DNA of 124,000 bases, taken from Octopus vulgaris (taxonomy: Eukaryota). The notes under the pieces are model-generated. The model had not been told where the DNA came from. It saw nothing but the letters and a program-made list of their open reading frames with translations, and did not search any database. The stretch is taken from assembly GCA_951406725.2 (NCBI GenBank), contig OX597825.1, positions 15,024,001-15,148,000 on the forward strand, in the 5' to 3' direction. Positions 114,398 to 124,000 of this stretch are shown piece after piece. The position numbers were made by a program, and so were the translations under genes. Every line of letters starts with the position of its first letter. The stretch's first letter is position 1.

Positions 114398-115650
114398 TTC
114401 ATGGTGACACTGATATGAAGATGGAGTTTGAACTTTCAAATTTGGTGATGAGAAGAGGAAAGCTTGTTAGGACAGAAGACGTACATATGTATTCCAAGTG
114501 GTAAAATGATGAATGCAGTTGAACCTGAATCTAGAATACTTGAGGCAGACAGGATTAAGCACAATGATATTAAAGAAAAAGAGAAAGAAAGAATGCCTGC
114601 GGTGAGTGAGAAAAATATTGTCTTCAAATCTGAATGCTAGAAACATAATTTCGGCACTAAATTTGAGTTTTGTCGCAAAAGTTCTGTACGGCGCTGAGAT
114701 TCTGAAGGGGGCACAGGATGAGCTAAAGAGTTGGACAGAATGACATGAAAGTTCCCCACGTTGCAATGAGCCCGGCGTTCACGTACAAACTCTGATCGAC
114801 TATATAATGAAGAGATCAAATAGCGGATGGGGACTGTGGTACACTGAGTACGTAGTCTTACTATGATACCTATCCCAAAATTAAAAATACCTTACTAGAG
114901 TCATTTAGCATTGAAAGCAAGAAGTACGAAAAGAACACGAAGAATCATTACGCAGTAACGTACTATACACAGTTTATGTAACCACAAGTGAAGGAAAACA
115001 TAGGTGGAATTGGCTGAAGAAAGGAAAGCTGAAGAAAGAAACTGACGGCACCATAATAGCAGCGCAAAACCAAGCTTTGGCCACAAGTTGTTAGAGGGTC
115101 AGGTTAGGGATGAGCAAGTTTCTCCATTGTGCTGCATGTGTAATAGATAGGACGAAGCCATTGCTCTTATTCAAACGAATGCTGCAGATTTGCTCAAAAT
115201 CATTACAGGTTTTGGCGACACATTGAGGGTGCGAAAGTGCTACGTTGGAAATTGTGTGTAAAAGTGGGATCTAGGGAAGGTAAGACGTAGTATGAGCACA
115301 TACGACAGAGTATAACGGGGTCAGAGGCTGCAAAATACTGTAGGATTTCTGAATCAAAACAGATCAGGTGCTAGAGAATAACAAATCAGACCTAGAAGTT
115401 GTGGACAACATGCGCAACAAGTGCAATATAGTTGATGTTGCGTACCTATTTGCCCCACGGACTGTCAAAAAGGAAGGTGAAATACAGATATATACTATCC
115501 TCGTAAGTGCGAAATAATCCAGCAATGGAAAATGAAATCAGTTGAGATAATAATAAATATTGTTATGTCTTTGAGGACAGCATCAGAAGGAATCAAGATG
115601 AATATAAAGCAAATTAGAATAGAGTGCCCAGTAGAATTGTTACTGACACA
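114398..115650 (+). mobile_element. decayed RLE-type LINE (R4/Dong-like): RT end, CCHC knuckle, RLE
   Basis: DMKMEFELS..VMRRGKLVRTE, IAAQNQALAT, SPLCCMCN..E.I.L....C..AQNHYR.WRH, PDLEVVD..IVDVA. Confidence 0.82.
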
Positions 115651-116959
115651 AGTTATATGAGACATTTCTTTGATACTTTGTGAAGGGTAGGTTCGATTAC
115701 TGTTTTCACATGCTGATCATTATAGGCGGATGGACGTCCTATACCTTCTTGATATACAAGGATCTTATCTTAACCAGCTTATACTAGTTATGGCATAATA
115801 CTCACTCCTATCGCTTTTATTCCCTTCCTATAAGTTAAAACATCATTTGTACGCAATCGAAATAAGCAATTAATTTACATATTCCTCATATATCTACATA
115901 CTGCCTGATGGAAACTTTCTCTTTATTGAAGTAATGTCTGAGAAAATTCTTAACTTTCAGTTATATATAAAACAAAAAGCTTGCCAATAACTGAATAATC
116001 TAAATTCGCTTATATTAGCCAATTTTAACAATTTTGTGATCTATCATATAATACGATACCACGAAACTACCTCTGAGAAAATCAAACTATTTATATTTGA
116101 TATATTCCAACTAAAGACGTATTTTTCTACTGGAGAGCATAATATGCTAAAATTGATAACATCCATCAAAATGTTTAAAGATTAATAGGAAATGAATTTA
116201 GAGAATTTAGACAATTACTTAAAACGTTCTTGTGATGTATCATTAGACTTCTGATCTTCAGTTATTTCTGATTCCATAAATTAATTCAGTATGGTTATAG
116301 CATCTTTAATTATGAAGGAGGATAGTATAATAAATACGGAACATACAGATTTGAATTGGTAACTTTTATATTACAGAAAAATATTTCTTAAGATGTCTTG
116401 TTTCAACAAATAAAAATCCGTTGAAAAAAATAGACATATGCAAGCAAGAGCTAAAGAATTATTTTAAGCATCATACATCTTCATAGATTGAACAACAATC
116501 AGGCATTCGCTATTTTTTCTCTATTCTCTTAGGTTATCTCTCTGGCAATAGTTTTATATTATACGCTGAACTAGGTTACAATCTTTTTTACGTATTCGTA
116601 CGTAAATGCGTGCATATTTATGCAAACATCTGTATGTGTAGTATCATTTATCTAGTTGCGTGCGTCAGTGATATAACTATATGATCAACAGTGTCTAGAA
116701 AGATATTATGTAAAAAGATGTACAACGCAGAAACATGTACAAACAATCTACTCAATGGTAGTTTATGTGTAGTGTTATACAAATGAATTAGATTCTAAAT
116801 GTTTAATTAAGGTTTTGCTTTTGATAGTAATTAGTATGTCAAATAAGCAAACAAGCTTTATAATAAATAGATATCTCAGTGCCCATATGAGCAGCAGTTT
116901 GAAATGCAGATTTTTTTAGTTGTGTAAATATATATACACACATATATATATACACACAA

Positions 116960-117030
<71 letters not shown>

Positions 117031-117109
117031 TACATACATACATACATACATACACACATACATACATATATATATACATGCATGCATACATACATACTTA
117101 CATACATAC

Positions 117110-117164
<55 letters not shown>

Positions 117165-117441
117165 AGAGAACGGCATGTATATGTGTATGGGTGTGTGTAT
117201 AAATTGACATGTATGCATATATGTATGAAAAATAAGTATATGTGTACATACAGATAAATAAGTGTATATATGAATAAAGGGATATGTAATGTACAAATAT
117301 ATCTAGATGTACGCATGTAATATACATATATATAATATATATATATGAATACACACATATATATATATATATAGTATAGGCATAGATATATATGTATATA
117401 TATAGATATTTATGTATGCATATATATAAATTCACACACAC

Positions 117442-117472
<31 letters not shown>

Positions 117473-118078
117473 TATATATATATATACGTTCTTGTATGTG
117501 GGGGTGTGAATCTTATATTGCCTCATGCATTTATTTCAACTCAGTTTTCAAATTAAAATTCGTACAAAACACAAGCATTTGCTGTTATATATAGGATAGT
117601 TAAATGCATACGAACGACTTCATCAATATTTGTTCAAGAGTTCAAAGCCTCATTGCTTTATTAAAGAGGTTTCTCCTACACATACATCAACCTGAATATA
117701 AATAAATGTATTGGTTTGATGGTTATCACTCTAATATACTTTGTACAAGCTGCATTTTTTTTTACATCGCAACACAGTTGTGGTTTTGTTTACATGCAAA
117801 ACTACGACACGCTGTGATTATGTATATTCTGGGCTAATATTTATATTGTTGACACAAATATATTTTATCTTTTACTACGCTCTATGCAGCTTGGGGTTTT
117901 TTGAGAACGCAGTGTTTTTAATAAACTGTTTCGATACGTTCATATAAAATATTAATTCTGTAGCACTTAATGACTACAAGTATTGGTTTTTATATTAGAC
118001 TAATCATGCTATAACGATATTTAGTTACCAATGGTTGATTAGTTCTTGAAGATGCTGATAAAAACCACTTATAACATC

Positions 118079-118478
118079 ACTAGCAGTATCGCCCGGCGTT
118101 GCTCGGGTTTGTAAGGGAAATAACTATAAAGCATTTTTAGAGAGTTATAGCCGCCGAAAAATAGCAAAAAATGCATTAAAAATGGAAAAAATATGATGGT
118201 AAATTTTTGTTTAAATCGTTGACTCATCGTAGACATTTTTAGAGAGTTACGTCCCTTATATTTAAAAATAATATGCATTAAAATGGAAAAAAGTGATGGT
118301 AAATTATTTTTAAAATCGTAGACTCATTGTAGACGCGCGCTAATACCCAGAAGGGCTCGATATGAATCACGACTATAAGATACCCGGTTTTGGTTAAACT
118401 GCACCGCAAAATGTGGGAGTAGTTAGGAATCTAAATCGGAGTAGACAGGCACACAACCTTACTTTTATATATAAAGAT
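118079..118478 (+). mobile_element. Helentron-like non-autonomous element (5' end shared with 51575)
   Basis: actagcagtatcgcccggcgttgctcgggtttgtaagggaaataactataaagc...ttttatatataaagat. Confidence 0.7.
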
Positions 118479-119111
118479 ATCAACTCCTCTTTTCATCCAG
118501 CTTCCATTGATCATATAACGTAATTGTCTTTGATTTGTAGGTTTGAAGTAGGAGCAGACAAATCTCAGCCTATTTAATTTGACTAGTCATTGTAGAGTGA
118601 AGAAAACCGACAAACAGTTGAAAAGCTGCATTCCGTTTTCCGAACTTTGGTATCAGTGGCAAATGGACTCCTTTTCACTGAATCTAATTAAGTTTATAAA
118701 TTTCTATTCGGAAAACTGTTGCTTTACGAATGCATGTGGCGTTAAATTAAGGCGTTATTGAGGCATTGATGATTCGGGAAATCAGCCGGAAACCATAACA
118801 GCAATTTACAAATATGACTTCGAACGTATTCCTGACAAGGCATTTCACAATATGGCTTTTATAAACAATACATTTTATATTCTTCAGACATACACAAAAT
118901 ACAAGATTATTTTTTTTTATCTTCCCTCAGTTATCATAAATACAATAGTATAAATAATTTCTGTTGAAATACGCCAAGTAGAGAAAAATACGTGTCTTTA
119001 GGTCCATGCGCTATATATGCATACGTGTGTGTGATTATGCGTGTGTGTGTGTGTGTGTCTCTCTCTCTCTCTCTGTGAGTGTGTTTGCGTGTGAGTGTAT
119101 ATATGTATATA

Positions 119112-119150
<39 letters not shown>

Positions 119151-119162
119151 CAAGTGTGTATC

Positions 119163-119205
<43 letters not shown>

Positions 119206-119206
<1 letters not shown>

Positions 119207-119500
119207 GGAGGCGCAATGGCCCAGTGGTAAGGGCAGCGGACTCGCGGTTGTAGGATCGCGGTTTCGATTCCCAGACCAGGCTTTGTATGTGTTTATTGAA
119301 CGAAAACACCTAAGCTCCACGACGCTCCGGAAGTGGGTGGTGTACTCTTTCACCACAACTTTCTCTAATTCTTTCTTCTGTTGGCCTGCTCGCTTAGCCA
119401 GCGGGGTGGCGTCATTTGAAGGCTAAAACAATGCAAAGCACATTGTGACCAGCGATGTGTAGCAACATCTGATAGCCTGGTCAGTCACGGTGATCACGGT
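119206..119500 (+). mobile_element. SINE family D head with an alternative tail
   Basis: ggaggcgcaatggcccagtggtaagggcagcggactcgcgg...; tail ctgatagcctggtcagtcacggtga. Confidence 0.82.
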
Positions 119501-119501
119501 G

Positions 119502-119535
<34 letters not shown>

Positions 119536-119539
119536 CGTA

Positions 119540-119625
119540 GATTTCTCTTAGCAATTTGAAACGTATTCCTTTGAGTAATAACTCAATAAGGAGACAAATT
119601 GATGAAATGGCAGATAATGTGGAAC
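119540..119625 (+). mobile_element. hAT (Buster/ZBED5-like) transposase fragment
   Basis: KRIPLSNNSIRRQIDEMADNVE matches the conserved hAT IPLSNNT..RRI.EMA motif. Confidence 0.7.
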
Positions 119626-120057
119626 AAATGTCGTACAGCATATCAAAATCACGAAAAGATTTGACTTCGATTTCTAACACGGCCTGCTACCATGTAACAG
119701 CTATTTGCGATAAAGGACCCGCCGTTATGGCAAATAGCTACCAATGCGGGTGCACTTGTAAAAATTTACACAAACACATACTAATACATTAATATAGCAA
119801 AAAATAATAAAAAACATGTCTTTATAAGATATTTATCTTTATTTAGAAACCTACAATGAACAGGTCACCCAGGAAACAATGTAACACTGGATACAGCCTT
119901 ATACAGGGTACAACCTTAAAGTTGACACCGTTCGGTGCAACGAAAGTTTATTATTGGCTAAAAATAGATAGTTTTTTGATTTTGAAATTTTTCGTCAAAT
120001 AACTTCCTCCACATTGTGCCACTCATCTGAAGTACATATGTATTTCAACAATTTTTT

Positions 120058-120473
120058 ATTTCTTTATTGCTCACAAGGGGACTAACATAGAGGGGGCAAA
120101 CAAGGACAGACAAACGGATTAAGTCGATTACATCGACCCCAGTGCGTAATTGGTACTTAATTTATCGACCCCGAAAGGATGAAAGGCAAAGTCGACCTCG
120201 GCGGAATTTGAATTCAGAAAGTAATGGAAGACGAAATACCTATTTCTTCACTACCCACAAGGGGCTAATCACAGAGAGAACAAACATGGACAGACAAACG
120301 GATTAAGTCGATTATATCGATCCCAGTGCGTAACTTGTACTTGTTTAATCGACCTCGAAAGGATGAAAGGCAATGTCAACCTCGGCGGAATTTGAACTCA
120401 GAACGTAACGACAGACGAACTACCGCTAAAGCATTTCACCCGGCGTGCTAACGATTCTGCCAGCTCGCCACCT
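120058..120473 (-). mobile_element. SINE family B dimer
   Basis: One head and two bodies joined at gaagaaatag|gtatttcgtc, the same junction as the 57.3-58.3-kb array. Confidence 0.92.
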
Positions 120474-121122
120474 TTCAGCAATTTCTATGAAATACACTCC
120501 TTGAGCATAAACAAAAATCCTCTTCCCGGTTGACAATAACGTATATGTCAGATTGTTGCATAAGTTCTAACCGTTTTGATAAAAGAAACCGGAAAGGTTT
120601 CAAATGATTTCATCAGCATCTGCTTCTCCCAAAAAGCATTCTTTCGATAAAAACACGTTGATCTCATAAGTGTAACGTGGTGGAAATATACGTAATTACC
120701 AAACTTTTATTCATAAGACCATTTAGTATTTCCCTTTTTTTTGTTTTTTTCTTTGTTTTTTTTTTTGCATTTCAGTTAATACATTTGTACCCCAAATTGC
120801 GCACAAGCGCATATGTAAAATGACGTTCATTATTATTATTTTTTTATCATTCTTTCCTGATATCAAAATAAGAAGTATATTGAAAAATTAAATATAAAAA
120901 TTGAGCGGGGAGTTGTGATACTAAGGGTCAAAAATGGGCGTTTGGCCAAAATGGGTGGAGAACCTTTGGACTAGAATAACATGAAATAAAGTGTCTCGCT
121001 GAAGAACAAAACGTGCCACCGGGAAACGAACTCACCACCCTACGATCATTAGCCGAACACCATATCCACTAAGCCAGGAACCTTCTACTGCAATAACGAT
121101 AATATTGATAATGCTGCTGATG

Positions 121123-121511
121123 GGATGGAAGCACACCGTCGGTTACGACGATGAGGGTTCCGGTTGATCAGAATCAACGGAACAGCATGCTCGTGAAATT
121201 AACGTGTAAGTGGCTGAGCACTCCACAGACACGTGTACCCTTAACGTAGTTCTCGGGGATATTCAGCGTGACACAGAGAGTGACAAGGCCGGACCTTTGA
121301 AATACAGGTACAACAGAAACAGGAAGTAAGAGTGAGAGAAAGGTGTGGTGAAAGAGTACAGCAGGGATGACCACCATCCCTTGCCGGAGCCTCGTGGAGC
121401 TTTTAGGTGTTTTCGCTCAATAAACACTCACAACGCCCGGTCTGGGAATCGAAACCGCGATCGTATGACAGCGAGTCCGCAGCCCTAACCACTGGGCCAT
121501 TGCGCCTCCAC
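121123..121511 (-). mobile_element. SINE family D (D1), full length
   Basis: 14-bp TSD taatgctgctgatg. Confidence 0.95.
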
Positions 121512-121795
121512 TAATGCTGCTGATGATAGTGAGGGTATCCAGAGTGTTGAATGGGTTTGATGTATGGATGTTTATTGATCGTAATAAAGGTAAGAGCTGT
121601 TTAAATCATAACAGAGGTTGGTAATGTTGCAGCAGTTGACATCGATTCTATTGGATGAGGATAATGAAGATTTAGAGAGAGGGAGAGTCTTGAGGCGAAG
121701 TTTATGACAAACGATGTCGATAGGTACCGTGGGGAGGACGAGAAGAATGTTAAATAACGAATGGTTGTGAGGATAATCATGACGCCAATAGAGGA

Positions 121796-122640
121796 GTGGT
121801 AGTAGTAGTAGTGGTGGTGGTGGTGGTGGTGGTGGTAGTAGTAGTAGTAGTAGTGGTGGTGGTGGTGGTGGTAGTAGTAAGATGAGGAGAAGGGGAGGAG
121901 GAGAGGGGAGAGGAGGGCGCGGACGAAGACCACAACGAGAAGGAGGAAGACGTGGAGGACGAGGAGGACGTGGTGGGCGAGGAGGACGTCAACGATGAGG
122001 TGGGGCAGGAGGAGAACGTGGACGACGTGGAGGACGACGAGGAGGAGGAGGGCGAGGAGGAAGACGAGGAGGAAGTGGAGGAGGAGGAGAAGGAGCGGGA
122101 GAAGGGGGGAAGAAGACATGGAGGCGTAGGAGGACGACGACGACGAGAACATGGAGGAAGGAGGAGGAGGAGGAGGAGGAGGAGGAGGACAAAGTGGAGG
122201 TGGAGCATGAGGAGAACGTGGACGACGTGGAGGACGACGAGGAGGAGAAGGACGTAGAGGAGGACGAGGACGAGGAGGAAGACGAGGAGGAGAAGGACGA
122301 GGAGGAAGACGAGGAGGACGAGGACAACGAAGTGGACGAGGAGGATCACGCGGGGGAGGTTGAGGAGGAGGACGAGGAGGAGGTTGAGGAGGAGGCTGAA
122401 GTGTTAGAGGAGGACAAGGAGGAAGGGGTACAGTAGTGGCAATGGAGTGGTTTGTGAATAATAGCCTCCGAAGGTAGTAAACTTATGTTAGCAATGATGA
122501 TGATCACCATCATAATGATGATAATGATGATGGCAACGACGAAGACGTCGACGACAATGACGACGGTACAGGTCATGATGATGGCGTACATAATGAGGAT
122601 AAAGGGGGAAGTGGAGACTGAAGAGGGGTTGAAGAGGATG
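121796..122640. repeat. degenerate triplet low-complexity region ((GTA/GTG)n, (GAG/GAC)n, (GAT)n)
   Basis: Direct reading; the 38-nt block gaggagaacgtggacgacgtggaggacgacgaggagga occurs twice. Confidence 0.85.
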
Positions 122641-122899
122641 ATACTGGTGATCGAACTGACGCCATGAAGCGTTCATCAAAAATTGTGGAGAAGAGGAATG
122701 CTCTTTTATGGAAATAAATTCAGTGGTTGTGTTATTTATGTAATTTTCCAGAACAGTCCACGAATATCTCCGGTGCATGACCGACATTCTGCCAAGAATA
122801 GAGAAAAGTTCACACATAATATCACCTAAATATTTGCTTTCACAGCAATATTTACGTATATTTACTATGATCATGCATATATGCACCCAGACACATATG

Positions 122900-123225
<326 letters not shown>

Positions 123226-124000
123226 TACGTGTGCACATACGTAGGTACATAGACATGTATAAAAATACTTTCCCTAATATTTTCTTACATCCTCTGATCA
123301 TAGATGTAAATATGCATATACATATATGATATGACCACACACACGTGTGTAACTACAGATGCACATATTCCATACGTTGATGTTCTGCATATGTGTGTAT
123401 GTGTGTGTGTGAGTCTACGTGTTTTGCTGTGTGTATAACTGTGTGTGTCTGTTTTGTATGTTCGTGTATGTTTGTGTTTGTGTCTGTCTATTTGTGTATT
123501 TGTGTGTGTATGTGTGTCTGCGTGCGTATGTGTATGTGTGTGTGTGTAAATGTATTTTTCCATATGAAATAATGTTCTATAATTTTTGCTTTATTACTCC
123601 AGAAAGATTATGTTGCTCATTCAGTGGTGACAGGTTTTACTTCGGAATTTATATTATTGGTAGATATATCAGAGGTCTTCTTGTAAAAGACTTCAAAGTC
123701 AACTTGTAAAGAACTCATCTAATTGAGGCCATAAATGTTTCGTAAAGGAAGTCGCTGGAATGATTGATAAAAGAATGGCTTAGCTTGTACATTTACAAAC
123801 CAAGCCGAAACAATACTAGATGCAGCCATTGTATGGATATTCTGTCCACTTTTATCACATGACCTTTTAACCTTGTGCCATATTTTGTCTGCTTAACGAA
123901 ATATAAGTGGCAGCAGTGTGAGAATCGAATGTGTGAAGAGAGTTATTTTAGGGAAGTACATGTGAGGGGAAATATTCGAGCTATTGAGACAAATAATGTA

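Overview
This is AT-rich, microsatellite-saturated eukaryotic DNA, with many (TA)n, (CA)n, (GATA)n and (ATT)n tracts. The SINE repertoire resembles coleoid cephalopod (Octopus-like) DNA, which is my inference and not a database result. I could not recognise an intact protein-coding gene, rRNA, true tRNA or CRISPR array. Almost every ORF in the supplied track is translated microsatellite or transposon debris; I found only a few weakly supported candidate spliced exons. The window is mostly mobile elements: four tRNA-headed SINE families (labelled A-D here), Tc1/mariner/maT relics and MITEs, Helentron-like elements, a Gypsy LTR-gag fragment, RLE-type and RTE LINE ends, and many Penelope-like fragments sitting in (TA)n. 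Three structures stand out. (1) Minimal type-I hammerhead ribozyme motifs occur in a 546-bp tandem repeat (69.6-71.1 kb) and on both arms of a near-perfect 312-bp palindrome (84.6-84.9 kb), with relics elsewhere; this suggests a retrozyme-like circular-RNA system. (2) A head-to-tail pair of ORF1/gag-only retroelements without RT (51.2-55.1 kb) has a 3' end homologous to the tail of SINE B. (3) SINE B forms concatemers with one recurring junction at two loci.
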